NCBI GenBank assembly: GCA_012295275.1
Contig: CM022665.1
Location: 2,232,001 to 2,296,000 of the forward strand
Length of the DNA stretch: 64,000 nucleotides
Reading direction: 5' to 3'
DNA from: Chrysomallon squamiferum
Lineage: Eukaryota > Animalia > Mollusca
Notes under the pieces: generated by a model
The model's database searches: none
What the model was told of the DNA's origin: nothing
The model's input: the letters and a program-made list of their open reading frames with translations, nothing else
Position numbers and translations under genes: made by a program
Part shown: one piece after another, positions 22,101 through 64,000 of the stretch
Layout: every line of letters starts with the position of its first letter
Position numbering within the stretch: position 1 is the first letter of the stretch

Positions 22101-25100
22101 TTTTTCATTGTTTGCTTTTTTGTTGTTTTTTTCAGACATATTTTCAAAAACTAGTTGTTTTTACCAAAGTCATAAGACGTATTGTTATCAGAAAGCCAGA
22201 TGGCTGAAAAACGAGCTATACAATTTTTTTTTTTTTTTTCATTCTAACATTGTTCTGCCTTGATTGCATTATCTCTATGAGTTTCTATGGGTAACATATT
22301 AAGAAAAACATTTTTTATTTCTTTACCTCATCTTTTTAAAAATGTTTGCATTTGTTGTTTAAGTTTTAATGCAGTTATCTGCATCTGATTTTCATGCCAA
22401 AAAATGTGCATTAACATAATTTTTTAAAAGATTTACCTATTTATGTAACTTATCTTGCATATATAACACAAATTTCAAAATATATTTCATCAATTCGGAA
22501 AAAAAAGTATTTTAAAATTTAAAAACCATAAAAATAAAAATAAACAACCTGAGATTTTTCTGCAGAGTTTGTCCTCTCTGATCTTTGTGCTAGAAGATAC
22601 AAATGTACAGGCTCTTTCAATCCTATATTTTAGTTTGATGTCATAATGTGAGACAATTTCATATTTATTCCTGGAATCTGTTGCTATTTTTGGACAAAAT
22701 AGTTTACACAAATAGGAAATATAAAGAAAAATAAGACAGTTAAAATATGAAAAACATTTTATAAATAATAAATTTGTGAAATTAATAAAATTTTTTTTTT
22801 ACAAAAACCTCAGTTAACATTCAAAACATTTTGAATGCAGTAAACACAAAAAAACTGAATAAATTTCAAATATGAAAATAGCATAAAGATCAGATGCATG
22901 AATAAAAAAGAAAATTTATTTCAAAAATGATAACAGAATAAATATTTAATGTTTATCATTAAACATAACTGGATACAAAATCACAATTCATCAGTTTGTA
23001 AAATTATTTAATCTTTAAATATAAATCAGTTATATTTTAAATGCAACATATAACATCAGGATATATAATATTTGTATTAATTCATACATTTTTAAAATAT
23101 AATAATAACAAGAGAAATAGTAGTAGTGGCAATAGTAGCACTAGTAGTAATTAACTGTAATAATAATAATAATAATAGTAATAACAATATTAATAATAAT
23201 AATAGATATTGTAAGTATAAGTAATTATAATAATAATGATAATAATATTAGTAACATTAATAATAATAGATATTGTAAGTATAACAGTAATTATAATAAT
23301 AATGATAATAATATTAGTAACATTAATAATAATAGATATTGTAAGTATAACAGTAAATATAATAATAGATATTGTAAGTATAACAGTAATTATAATAATA
23401 ATGATAATAATATTAGTAACATTAATAATAATAGATATTGTAAGTATAACAGTAAATATAATAATAATAATAATGTTTAACACACCAATTGAAAAGTTCC
23501 GTACTCTTCTCGGAGTAGATGGGTGAGAAAACCATGCAAACTTCGCTGATCCCCCAGGTCCATCGTCCAGTGTTGATGTGAGCAGAAAGAGGTAAATATA
23601 TGTATGGTGAGAGACCAGCCACAAAACACAGAGACAGCTTAATAAATAAAGTCCATGTCAACACCTGAAACAATACAACATGAACATACAAGTTTATCTA
23701 CTGATGTAAGAAATGTCAGTTTTATAAAAGAGGTTGAAATATATAACTAAAACTTGGCAGGAAACAAAATTAAAATTAAAAAGGTTAATTTATAAATAAA
23801 AGAAATAATTTAGTTTTGTTTTTCCAGTACACCATCTTGCTTACCTACAAGGTTAAAGACAAGCACAAACGTGTTAGAGAGAATATTACAGTTTTGTTTC
23901 CAACTGCAGACACTGTTTATTATATACATAGCTTTATGAACTGGCTTGTGTGATAAATATTAAATATATATATGTGTCTGAAAAAACATTTCACAACTTG
24001 GAATATTCATCTACTGGTTGAACAAAAACAATTTTTTAAGTGAAATTCAAAGACAGTATTTAGATAGTTTTAACTAGGTTTATTCTACCATACATGTGCC
24101 ATTTTTTTCACCTTTCAGAATATGCATATGTGTCATATATTTAAATCATGTGTGGAATGAAATGACCTGTTGAGATGCCTGCCACCTACTGAAAAACACA
24201 CAAACGTTTGATCCAAGCCAATACATTATTTACTGTGTTAACTCTGAGGATAGCTCTCACACTTTGATGTTAGTGAAATAATGAAGGACAAACCTGTGAC
24301 TTGTAAAGAACAGTGAAAACCCATGGTACAAGACAAGTGACATAAATAACAGATGTATGCTGGTTACACAGGGATAATCCACAAGTAAAGGCACCAAGCA
24401 TTGCAATCTGAAAATACATTTTAGAAAATTCATTTTGATTAATGCACTTTCAAATGTCCCACATTAAAGCAAACGCCAGCAAGTGTCATTGGGAATGAGC
24501 ATTCAGACTTAGCCACTAATGAGACTGTGTTACATGCACACAAAAATTATTTCATAATTCTAACATCATTATAATGTGTACTCACTTAGAAATGAGTAAC
24601 ATACAGAGCCACATTAGAGATAAAACTAACAAGAGGTCATGTTTTTCTCAAGATTTGATTTTACAAAAAAAAATTAATTAGAAGATGAACATCTGAAATC
24701 TATTTGGAGGAAGCTTTTCATGGATTTATCACAACTGTATGGCATTTAAAACCTTAAGCAATAGCATAAAGTTTTAATGTTAAAATGACATCTAATTTCC
24801 ATAGGCAGACCATAAAAATCTAGTATTTTCAAATTTATATTGAATTAGCAAAAGTTAGAATCATAAAATGTTGTTCTTAGTATTATTATTTAAGAAATTA
24901 TGCTAGTGAAAGAAAGTATTTATAACTAAAATGTTACTGAAGTGACAGTCACCATGTTTAAATGTCTGACAGATTTTGCCTGGTCCAGACACACAGCAAG
25001 AAACATGAGCAGAGACAGAAACAGACTGTTGAGACTGAACACTTCTGCTGTCACTGACCACACCCAGGTTAAACGACTAAAAGAAAAAAGTCCTGATGCT

Positions 25101-28100
25101 AGTATTCCTGCAGCTATTGAACCAGTCAGTCTGCAATGAATGAAGGAAAAAAAGAAGTTTAATATCACATTAACATGTTTTGTTACAAGTAATATATATT
25201 TTTTTACAATGGTAAAGTCTTAGAAACTAATTATACCACTCCATTAGAAAATGTTATTTATTATCAGCAGGGAACTTTATAGTCATTTTGCCATGATTGC
25301 CAATGTACAGGACTGGCAAGAATTGGAAACTGCACCAAATTGCAATCTAAAAGGTTAAACCTGTAACCTTAGACCACTGAACTGCAGTTATAATCAGAAA
25401 ATAAATAAATTTTAAAATATCAGCATTTTCTGTTAACTATAAAATTTATTAGTTTATAATTAGTTTAAACTAAAAATGAGAGAAATGAAGTAAGTCAAAA
25501 GTGAAGTAAGTTTAACTGTCAGTTCTGGGTGGTATATAGTTTAACACAAACCTTGCTGATATTTCATAAACAAGAACTGAACACAGTGAACCAAAAATGG
25601 AAGAAAGAAGATTCACTCTCCATGCAACTGTACCAAATGGCACAATCACCATGGCAACATGGGCCAACAAAGTAAAAACAGGATAGCCTGGAGGATGAGC
25701 AACCTGTAAAATAAACAATATATAACTACACAACAACAACAGTAATAGAATAACAATAATAAATTATAAAGTAATAATAATAATAACAACACCAAGAATA
25801 TTAGATAAATAATAATGACATTTAAATGACAGTATTAATATCAATAGGTACTATTTAACCTAAAAGGTGATCTGAATCTGAAACAGATCTATCAAATAAA
25901 TATTATTTTAAAATAATTATTATAATGATAGAATTTTTTTATTAATATAAATTATTCAAATTAAAACAAAAACAACAACAGGTAAGTGAACCTGAATTTT
26001 AACATGATAATAATAAGTATTATATTCCATGGCTGTAACTAAACTCTTTTTGAAATGAGGCAAAAACACTTAATCGCTAAGACAGTTATGTCTTTCATCA
26101 CAACAATGTCAGTAGACTCCAAACAGTAACTGTAGATATAAACAATTCATTCAGTGGATATCATTTCTGTTGGAATAAAGATTTGTATTTTATATTTTTT
26201 AAACAAAATCTTTGTATAAAAAAACATCATCTATTTCTGTATCAGGTATTTGTCTCATTTGCCTCAGTGTAGTTATGGCCATGTATTCTAAGTACTTACA
26301 CCTAACTCATGTGCTGCAAGAATGAGCTCCCCTAAAAGTTTAATTTAAAACAAAAATAATAATCAAAATAATAAAATAACAATAACAACAAAATGAAAAA
26401 TAAGAAAAGATTTAATTTAAATAATTTTGATTTATACAGACAGAAAGAGAAATTCATCATATTTAAATTGAAAATTCAGTAAAAGAATATATTTTACAGA
26501 TTCAAACTATTTCAAACTGACAAATCATATCTCATAATAAAAATGAAGAAAAACAATACTAAAGAAAGAAACACGAAGAAAGGGAAATATGTTCAAAAGA
26601 AAACATCTCAAAATCAAAATGACAACCATATGTGTCAAATTAGTGGTATTTGTAATATAATGTCAAAACAAATTATTTCTTTAAATACAGACTTGACTTA
26701 AAAAAAATAAAATTTTAAAAAAGATTTTCACTGAACTTTTATTTTTTTTCACTAAAATGTTTTTCTAATTAATTAATTAATTTGTTTGTATTTTGTGGGT
26801 TCTTTTTAAATTTTATTTATTTTATTTATTATAACATATATTTTAAAGACTGGATATTTATATTTAAAAAAAAGATGTAGTAAAATATTCAATAAGTACC
26901 TGAATCTCCTCCTGGTAATGATGGATACAATGTATTTGCATAAATTGCCATGGTAATGAAGCCAATGCATGAAGAAATGGCATACTCTTTTTTAATACTG
27001 AAATTACACAAATTCATTTATAATAATAACAAAAAAATATATTGTTTCGTATGAACCAAATTAATTGATCCTATACAAAATCTTTATATATTATTTCATA
27101 CTTATTAATAAGAGGAATCAGCTGTGTAAATGTTTGTAATAAGAAATAAATAAATAAAAAAGTCTTTCTTTTCTAAAATAAAATAAAAACCCCAGTAACT
27201 ATAAATGAATAAAACAAACATCTTAAAATTATAAAGGAAACTATTGATAACAATATATTTATAAAATGAATGTATTTTAAAGTAATATCTTACTTCCTAG
27301 TACTTATATATACATATATATATCACAGAGAAAAATGACAGTGAGTACATTTAACAGACATTTGGTTTTAAGTGCATTTTGACATACCTCATAATGATTA
27401 AGGCAAGGCACAAGGCACAAAGTTTAAATTTAATTGTTAAAGCTGTATTTATTGTACTTCATGGGGTGAGGTAAATCTAAAAGAGAAAATAAAGGATTAA
27501 GCTATCTGATAAAGTTATTACAGATAATCCATCATCAAAAAGCTTTACATATTTTTCTCTGCTTGATAATGTATAATAATATTCTAATATTAATATTTGT
27601 AACACGTATCACTGGCATAGATTTATGAAATTTAACTTTTGCAGAATGCATACGTCATTAATTCTAATCTAAATATATTTATTATTATTATTATTATTTT
27701 ATTTTAATTTATTTTATTTTATTTATTATTCTTATATACATTTAAATGCATTTGGGAACTTTGGGCAGGATGTGAAACAGTCAAATCATAAATGCAATAA
27801 AAAAAACAACAACTGCAGGTACGTTTGATATACAAGGGAAATAACTATAACCACACTTTTGTAACATCCTTGACATACGACGTGAAGCGTTCTGAACTAT
27901 GCTGTTAAACATGCTTGTGACTTATGGGAAGTGCATGTGTTAAAATTGAGTCTACTATGGTAAGTTTGATTTTGACTCCTGTATTGATAATAATAATTAT
28001 TATTATTTTTATTTATTTGATTTATAGATATATGAAATAAACACGAATGCCGTAATATCATATAGCATTGCTAAGGTTTCCGGTTTTGTATTTAATAAAT

Positions 28101-28593
28101 AAATAAATAAATAAATAAAGTTAACAAAAAACAAACAAATTAATTAATTAAAATTAAAAATGTTTAAAAAGTAATGTCAGAAGAACGCAAAGACGATGTA
28201 AATAACACCTCGTGTCGTATATAACATTAATAAATAAAATAACACGCGCACGCGTCCTTTTATTTATTATAATACTAATTATTATTTAAGGACTATGCAA
28301 AATCGCTAACAGTAATTCATGAATGTCATTTACCTATAAATATTATATCAACATTTAATCAAACAAGTATAGAGTGTAAAGGCAGAATTTTATTATTATT
28401 GATTGTTTCTTTTTATTTTATTTTATTTTTATTTTAGTTAGTGTAATGAAGAAACATTTACGTAGTTAAAGAGTGATAATAACTGGTATGTTAGAAACAA
28501 GGAATGTGCTTTCTTTTGGTAACGTTTTCATGCATTATTTAACTTAACTGCTTACCGGTTTGTTGGTGTATAGCTTTTTCAGTTTTATTTATT

Positions 28594-28629
<36 letters not shown>

Positions 28630-29537
28630 TTTTTTTTTTTTTCACGTTATCGTTAAAATACATATAGATAGAATGGATAATCACTAACTCGATCCATTGA
28701 ATCTCACTGTTAGGAACAGCATAAAGAAACTGTTATTTACGCAGTTTTGCCGAAGGTTATTTTGGTCTATTAATTACCCAAAACATTTTATTTAAAAATT
28801 AATTAATTAGTTAAGTGAATAAGTAAGTAAGTAATAACTGAATAAATAAAAAATGGAAGTTAAAACATCTGGGTTAAAAATTCAGATATTTTTAATTTTA
28901 ATTTTGTTTTTAATTTTGTTTTAAACGGGCCCTCTTAAAAGTTGTATCGCATCATAATAAATGCCAAAAAGTTTGAATTATTCAGCTAAAATGTAATATT
29001 TACTTTTAGGGGATGGAGGTATACTTTGTTTGTGAACTGTACCTTATTCGTTAGTTTTTCACAGATTCACTATTAATGTGTCATCTATAAAATGCACCAA
29101 CAAGTCGCAAAACAACCAAAGCTTAATACATCAGAGCTTCACATCATTTATTACGAATTTAAAAGTTGCATTTCTTCACTCGTCCAGTTTAACGTGGTGC
29201 TCCAACATGTTTTAAGGAATTTTGCACATAACCATGTAGTCAAGATTGTTACCCAAGTTACTAAATAACAAACCAAATGAAAATTTGTATACGATTCTTC
29301 GCTACTGTTATATTCATCATCATCATCATCATCATTATTATTATTATTACTATTATTATTATTAACAACAACATGATCTACAACAACAATATTAATCGCA
29401 GAAGCTAAATGCATCAAGAATAAATATATATTTAATGACGATTTTAATAACTGCATATCGAATTTTATTTTCACTGGGCAGTTATAATTACATATATTAC
29501 AGCACTCTTAAAACAAAAGGATTCTATACCTGTTCAT
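16178..29537 (-). CDS. TMEM260: TMEM260 (multi-pass protein O-mannosyltransferase), about 686 aa; 1-nt frameshift at 23551-23555
   Basis: Exons (minus): 29537-29530 (tentative ATG exon), 26997-26900, 26331-26300, 25703-25552, 25130-24953, 24407-24294, 23664-23486, 22589-22549, 21955-21872, 21467-21350, 20851-20778, 20352-20274, 19393-19263, 19106-19052, 18770-18622, 18197-18018, 17808-17755, 16985-16898, 16423-16178. Family motifs: [72 protein letters not shown]. All splice phases agree. Confidence 0.92.
16436..16600. repeat. 39-bp minisatellite, about 4 copies, in the last TMEM260 intron
   Basis: Unit ataaatcagaaaaatggcatgtaactttaatacagttaa; explains the repetitive spurious ORFs here. Confidence 0.9.
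17390..17735. repeat. Degenerate GTA/GTG/GCA trinucleotide low-complexity tract (TMEM260 intron)
   Basis: Mixed (GTA)n/(GGT)n/(GAT)n; the ORFs here are poly-V, poly-T or poly-H artefacts. Confidence 0.85.
23185..23475. repeat. AT-rich compound minisatellite (TMEM260 intron)
   Basis: Repeated ataatagatattgtaagtataacagtaa and ataataatattagtaacatta units. Confidence 0.85.
26028..26283. mobile_element. MITE-like non-autonomous element, copy 1
   Basis: Imperfect terminal inverted repeats catggctgtaacta / tagttatggccatg and subterminal tgaggcaaa / tttgcctca; homologous to 39303-39551. Confidence 0.65.
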
Positions 29538-29695
29538 TCTGTAAAGAGTGTGCCTACTAAATAGGTGTTCAATCGAACTCTAGCTATGCGGCTTCCGTTA
29601 AAGAACGACCTTGACCTTTTGACAGGTCACCTTGCATTTGTGTCAACATAACTGTACGAGAAAATTGTTGTCTCGAACATACAATTAAGAGCAAA
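29538..29695. promoter_or_regulatory. Putative bidirectional promoter for TMEM260 and UGP2
   Basis: Phase-compatible micro first exons (ATGAACAG|gt on minus, ATGACATCG|gt on plus) are separated by 158 bp. Contains ETS-like CGGAAG (minus, near 29592-29597) and TGACCT/AGGTCA half-sites near 29605-29630. Confidence 0.6.
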
Positions 29696-57284
<27,589 letters not shown>

Positions 57285-57885
57285 GATCTGTGCAGACTCC
57301 GCTATAGTGCATGCTTTACTTTGAGCTATCTGTCAGCTAGTCAGCTGTGCTGATTCTGTTGTTTCTTATATCATGTTTAACTCAGTGAAGTTAATGTTAT
57401 TGGTCATTTCATCGTCACACACATAGGTATTGTTTTCACGCAGTTAATCACTCTGGTGGGAATATGTAGAGCCATGGGATAGATTTTTGTTTTAAGCTTG
57501 GTATGAATAATGTACGCAGAAGTTAACCTGTTGATTTGTTTAAAATAAAACATTAATCATTTATATGTTCGGAAACATGTGGTTAGATGCAGCGTGACAG
57601 AATTTTTTTTTAATTTCTGCTGTTGTGTCATACATGTTTTGGCAAACAAAGTACATGTAGTAGTATTAACCAGCACCCTAAATATATTTTGTTTATTCCC
57701 ACCTGATTGTTTTGTTTATGCAGATCCAGTTTTATGTTGATAATAAAGACTAACAGTAAAATAAGCTTGCAAAGATGCAGTTGGCTGACATTTTCTCTTT
57801 TGTCATGTCATCTCTGACAGGAGATCTAGAATGCATTCATTTTGAATCTGCAAGGTTTTTAAAAATTATTAATATTATTATTATG

Positions 57886-57942
<57 letters not shown>

Positions 57943-60900
57943 TTTACAAAATGATGCATTAACTGAAACAAATTAAATGTCAGCCTATAGAAATCTATAC
58001 AAGTTTGTTATTTTATTGCTCTGCTTTGAAGTCAGCTAAAAACGAACCAACACACATAAATGAAACAGTGAGCTGTAAATGTGCAAAATGTGTTTAGTTA
58101 TTTGTTTACACAGTCACTTTAAACAAGTTGACTAGAGCTTTAAGGATGTCAATGTGTTTTTATTCACTGTATACTGTAATTTAAGCACATCTGTTAGATG
58201 CAATTCACTTTTATTCCATCCAGTTGTAATCAAATTATATTTATTTACTGTGCATGGTTGCTGTAGTCTGGTTGTGAGATTGAATACAGTATTAATGTTT
58301 CAGACTGATTAATCTGATTTTCTTTCTGAAGCTGGGGGGAGTGTTTGTTTTTGCTTTTTCCATCCTTTTTCACAGATATCTGTGAAGTTTTCTATTCAGA
58401 AAATTTAAGGGTTTGAAAATGATACTGAAACAGATATGGTACTTTGATTTTACACAGAACCTTTCAGTACATGCACTGGACTGTGGCCATTATTCATTAG
58501 TGTGGGTTTTATTCATTATCAAGATAGCGAGGGTAAAATGTAAGTAATTATATTTGCTTCAGTCATTTTAATGTCATTTTGTTACAGAAATATTCTGTAA
58601 TTTGGTATATATAATTATAACTGGATTTGCATTCTGATACCCATATGATAAAATTAACAATAATCCTGCCTTCTCACAATTTCAGTAATGTATGCCTTAT
58701 AGGCAGTTCAATCAGTTTCTTTGAGGGATATTTTCTTCTTTTTAATGTTGTTTTGTCTTTGTTTTTTTGTTTTTTTCTTTGTTATTATCATTTATTATTA
58801 TTATTTTAATAGTAGTTTTATTGAGATGTACTGAAGTTTTAGACTAAGAAATACTCAGCCATTTCTAAGTAAAGTAAAGTTTAACATTTACTTACAGTAG
58901 TGCTTTCACCTTTGTGTTACAATCTCATTAGGACTGTCATAAAACTTTGTTTTGTTGCCAGGATAGTATTTTTGTACATCTGTTTGAAATAAAATTATTA
59001 GTTTGACTTATTTGGTTTTTTGCAGGTTAAAAAAAAATAATAATAAATAAATAAATTGGATTTAAAAAAATATAAAATAATAAACAAACATAAATTTGCA
59101 GACAAATAAAAATTTATCATTCTAATCTCAAGTTTATTATGATTTCATCTTTGCTCAACTGATTTGCAAACAGTTTACATCCAGTTGTACATTTCAAAGA
59201 AATCATTTGATTTGAAGGTTCTGACACTAAAACAAGTTACTACATTACATTCTACTACTGGATGTGAAGTTTTATATTTAAACTGTTTTGCTTGAGCTTC
59301 AAACCCTAAGAATTAAAATACTTTTTAAAAAAACGACAAAAACAAAACAACAAATAAAGGTTTTGTTGCATTTTTTTTAGTGTTAAATAAATTGTGGGGA
59401 ACCAGCATGTTTTGAATCCTTTGTTCTTGCATATTCATTTTTCTGTTGTTACACAACTTATTTTTTTAATTATATCTATATATATATATATAATTTTTTA
59501 TTTTTTTTTGCTATCTCTTCAGTCTGTAAATAAAGGATTTTTAACAGATGATACTTTTTTCCTCCTTTATTCCTGATTCAGCTTTCTTTTTTCTGTTTGT
59601 GTGGCTCAAGTACTCTAAAAAAAAAAAAAAAAAAAAAAAATGTGTTTATTGTTGGGGGTTTCTGCAGGTGTGCTGAACAAATTCAGATTATTTTTATGGA
59701 AAAAAACAAATGAAAGATATTTACAGTTTGTAGTTTCATCATATTACCTTGTACATGTAAACACCTGTCAACCCTATACTTGTGCAAAAAGACATAGCAT
59801 TCCTAAATTATTACACTTTACATTTCTTAAAATACAACATTAGTCACAAAATTAACCAGCAGACAGTCTTGTCATCAAATAACATTTGACAGTGTAGAGA
59901 ACAAAATAGACACAAACAAGAAATGATTTTATTCATTTATTTTTTACATTATATATGGAAAAACAAGATTACAAAGCACTCACCAATATAATAATTTAAA
60001 ACATGCAATTCATAGTATATTGCACAATAAAACAACAACTGGAAAATGGTATTCCAGCATCCATGTTCTTGGTTTTGATAATATTTCAACTGAATGGATG
60101 ATCACACAACTTCAGTTTGTACCATGTAGAAACAAACATCACACTGTTCAGTTACTTTTTTAATTTTTTTTTTATTGAGATCTAGTTTTTGTTTCAAGCA
60201 AAATACTGAGCACCTTTGTTAAAGCCGAAAGCCCTCTTCTAGGAAGAAAACCCAGTTACAACTATGGTTTAAATAAATAATACATTTTTACATCCAATTC
60301 CTACAGGCTCCTGATTACATTAAAATATTGAGATTTTAAGTGAAGACTAAATAACAGCATCTAAATTTAAGTTACTTGTGAAACTAAAACTTAACTATAA
60401 ATATGAACCAAGTTCTTTCTTCTCTTGAACATTATTTTATGTAAACCATGATTAAGCTGGGGTTTTTTTTATGTAGATATCGAGTATCGACATCAGCCCT
60501 ATCATCATCATATAATCTGTTTATTCTCGATTCATATTACAGCAAGAAAATAAATTGGTACATTTGATATCTTCTAATACCATTTGTAAAGAATAAACTG
60601 AAAAGAAAGCAACTGTATCTAGTATACTTAAAGTACTAAATGAAGTATTTTAACATAAATAAGTTGCTGTTGTATCTTTATTTTTTATTTATTTATTTAT
60701 TTATTATTATTTTTTTTTTTTTTTGTTTAATCATGATTCAGTAGTTAAGCTATTTTAAACAAAACATGGACAGGACTGCCCACAAGTGACCAAAGCTATT
60801 ATATTTTAAAGGAACTATTTTCTGCTACATGTCCTATGCTTCAAAGCTTGAACAGCTAACTATATTGTTACTTCCACACACAGAGAAGAGTTTTCAGCCG

Positions 60901-63900
60901 ATTGTTTTAAAATATTTAAAATATTTGTTTGTATGTTCAAAAATGTCCAGTTGTTATTTGTGGTTTATAAGTGAATGAATTGGAAACATTTTTTTCTTTT
61001 CAAATATAATCATCTTCGTCATCTGACATTAAAATAACATTTTTCTAAAACTTTCTTAACATTAAATGCTAAATGTTAAGAAATCGGTGTAAAAAGAATA
61101 TACACTGATACAAAATATATAAATTAAACCATTAACAAAGATTTTTAATTTTTTTTCACTTACTCAAAATCAGCCAGTGGGTTTCAAAAAAAAGAAATGA
61201 CAAAAACATATCTGGATGAGGATGGGTGCTTTCTTTAGCCATGAAGTGCAAAACAGGATATCCACTTTCACTGCAGACACAGTCTGGTACAGTTGCCTTT
61301 TGTGCCAAAGAGAGTAGCAGATTAAGAAGGGTTTGGAAAGTGTAAAATAATTTATTATGAATGCACCATACTTTAGAAAAAAAAAAATCTAGTAAGGTAC
61401 TACAATCTATATCAATATTATGTTTTTCACAACCCAGTAGAAATTAAAATCTGAATAAAGCTGTAATTATAAAGGCACACTTTCTTTTAATATAATTATT
61501 TTTCAGTATACAGATTTCTACAAGTTCTTACTACTAATTAGTGTGAAAAAGACTGATAAGCAGTGTCATAGGCAGCTTTAGTTTATACTTTACACAGAAA
61601 GCTCTTCAAAAATGTTTGCTGTCAGTATATGTAGACCTTATTATTTTGTTTTGTCATATAATGACAAATGGGAAAAAAAAAAAAAAAAGATGAAAAATCT
61701 AATGAACAATTTACAAAATATGTGTAACTCTGTGAGCAAGCTATGACTGACTTCTCTTGGAAAAGGTCAATCCTGAATGCTTTGGTAAGGTCTGATATTA
61801 ATATATGTAACCCAGATTATCAAAAAATACTAATTTCAATCTTTTAACGGTTTTTAATTTTGAGGTTATGCAACAGACAATTCAGTATACATGGGCATTA
61901 CAAATATTGTATACACAGTTAAAAATACATACTGTATTACAAAACGTGCCACCAAACCAAGTGCACTTTTCTGATTCAAACCAATAGCTTGTATACATTT
62001 TAAATACTTACAAGTTTTTTTATTTGTCACTAGCAACAAATCTTTTCTGAAAAAAATTAGTCTTTTGAGGGCACACTGAAACTGATATTTAACATTTTTC
62101 AAAACGCCATCTTGTAAAGTTGCCTCAGTTTTTAATGGATTTGTTTTGCTGGGTTTTTTTTTTCTTCTTCTTTTCTGTTTTTTTTAAATTATATTTCTGT
62201 GTACTAAGTGGTGTCATGTTTCCCTGTATGCTTATAAGTTTGTTATATTATTGTCGTACTTTATTATTAGCAAAGATCCAGAAACAAATAAAACATTTAT
62301 AAGGAAGAATATAAAATGCACTTAGGCTATTTGTTTGAATCATTGAATATTTATCTGAATAAAATCTATTATTTACAAACATAATTCTCATGTTAAGAAT
62401 GGAAACAAAGGACCAGCAGTTGTTTCCATTTATAAAATAAAATATAAAATTAGCAAAAATGACATTTCTAATGCAATTTAATTCATATTTGCTTCTGATA
62501 AAAACAAACCGTAACCTAGGAAGTGTATATGACTGTCATCCCAACATGCATATAAATATTCAGAATCTTCAGATATATATAAATAAATATGACATGTTAC
62601 AAGTATCACACAAAAAATGCGTTAGCTCCCAACAACCTTAAAATAAACCCTAACCAAGGGATTATATATAATGGTCCCACTGACATGCATATAAATTATA
62701 TAATGTGTAGAATCTTCACGTATTTATACATTAATAACAGACTATGTCACATACATCTACACTGCAACTTAAAATAAACACATATTAAAAACACCCTTAC
62801 AGACAAAAGGTTAAATCTGATAAAACCTTGCTTAAAATAATTTAAAATCTGCTGTTTACATTTGTTTTAATGTATAACAGTTTAATAAATTAGTTGATGA
62901 GTAAATATTAAGAAGCTATATGTCAAAATAAAAAAATCACTATGGGCAGTGGTTATATGATTGTCTTTAAACTTATTCCAGTTCAATCTACTGAAAGTAA
63001 AATGACTAGAATAATTATGCCAAACAGATTAATTAAAGAAAAACAGTTCAGTTAATAATTTCTGATTTATATTTATCATTATAATATGGTCAACATAAAG
63101 TATTCATAAGTTTTTACTAAGTTAACAGAACCACAAATTTGTAAATTAAAAAAAAAAAAATAATAATAATAATAATAACAGTGCACTTTATCCATTAATT
63201 TACCATTCACATACAGATTTTAGTGAGTATATAAATAACTGTAAGAATTTTTTTTTTTTTTTTTTTTATGAAGTGGTTCATATCTGAATTTACGAAAAAA
63301 GAAACTTGAAATGCTAGCATTCCTTTAAAAGGAATAGTGCGTGTACCATCTTTTCTGTTTGACAATGCAGTGAAAGTTAATGTCTACAATTTACTTCATC
63401 TCTAGCAACATCATTTGAAGCAGAAACCTCAGTGTGATAATCCAGTAGGGTCCAAACTGAACTAAAGGGAAATCTTTTGATATCCCTAATACCAAGCACT
63501 AACGTGTTTTAGGTAGCTTCAATAACTTACAATATACATTTATGCAAAGTTTCACTAAACAGAAGATTCTGCAGTGCATTTCCTTCAAATATTTCTTAAT
63601 GATGGAACTGAAGCAAAATGAAAGGGGAAACCTTGACAGACAATGAAAATGTCAATCACTGTGTAAGACAAAAATCTGAAGACATGTTGGAAATTCAGGG
63701 AAAGCTAGATTTAAAGAATACATGTGGAAGAAGAAACATGTTTTAAGTTGGGATCCTCAGTAGCTGAAAACAAGAGATCAGTTTAGAAGGTGTAAGGGCA
63801 GATAAATGCACATCATTATTTATCTAACTTGAACAACTGTCACTCTGAAGAAACACTTCTATCTGCATTTCTGATCATACTGCAGTAAACACACAACATG

Positions 63901-64000
63901 TCTGTTAATCTATTAACTTGAAATACTGGGGTACTTGGAGGCAGCAACATCAACAGAAGCCTTATGTTAGTGGAGATCTGTTGTCATCAAGAATGGTATG

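Noticed and set aside
23190-23624. Ile-rich ORFs of 144 and 96 aa
   Set aside because: Produced by an ATT-rich minisatellite plus off-frame reading of a TMEM260 exon.
29151-29474. 107-aa minus-strand ORF near the TMEM260 start
   Set aside because: Contains poly-N/poly-D from simple repeats, lies in the predicted intron 1 and shows no family motif.
63962-64000. Possible end of a minus-strand CDS (HTILDDNRSPLT*) with a long 3' UTR to its left
   Set aside because: Only 12 codons are visible at the window edge, too little to support a call.

Overview
AT-rich, intron- and microsatellite-rich animal genomic DNA (invertebrate; a mollusc is my low-confidence guess from repeat style). All exons were reconstructed by hand from splice sites and reading frame. 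The left 16 kb holds the last exon of a chitin-binding (CBM14) gene and a compact ubiquitin-system cassette. The cassette has two paralogous 4-exon genes, each encoding a ubiquitin-like domain ending in di-glycine fused to an RBR-type E3 ligase with a degenerate RING1. Between them lies a 5-exon divergent E2 conjugating enzyme, head-to-head with the second ligase across a 449-bp spacer carrying kB-like and GAS-like motifs. Local segmental duplications and repeated promoter modules surround the cassette. To the right are two conserved housekeeping genes, also head-to-head: TMEM260 (19 exons, minus) and UDP-glucose pyrophosphorylase UGP2 (15 exons, plus). Two U12-type introns, two single-base homopolymer frameshifts (probably assembly errors), a MITE pair, SINE remnants and a GC-rich hairpin/G-quadruplex island were also found. 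The best candidate for an undescribed system is the UBL-RBR / E2 / UBL-RBR cassette, possibly an inducible, self-contained conjugation module; that function is inference.
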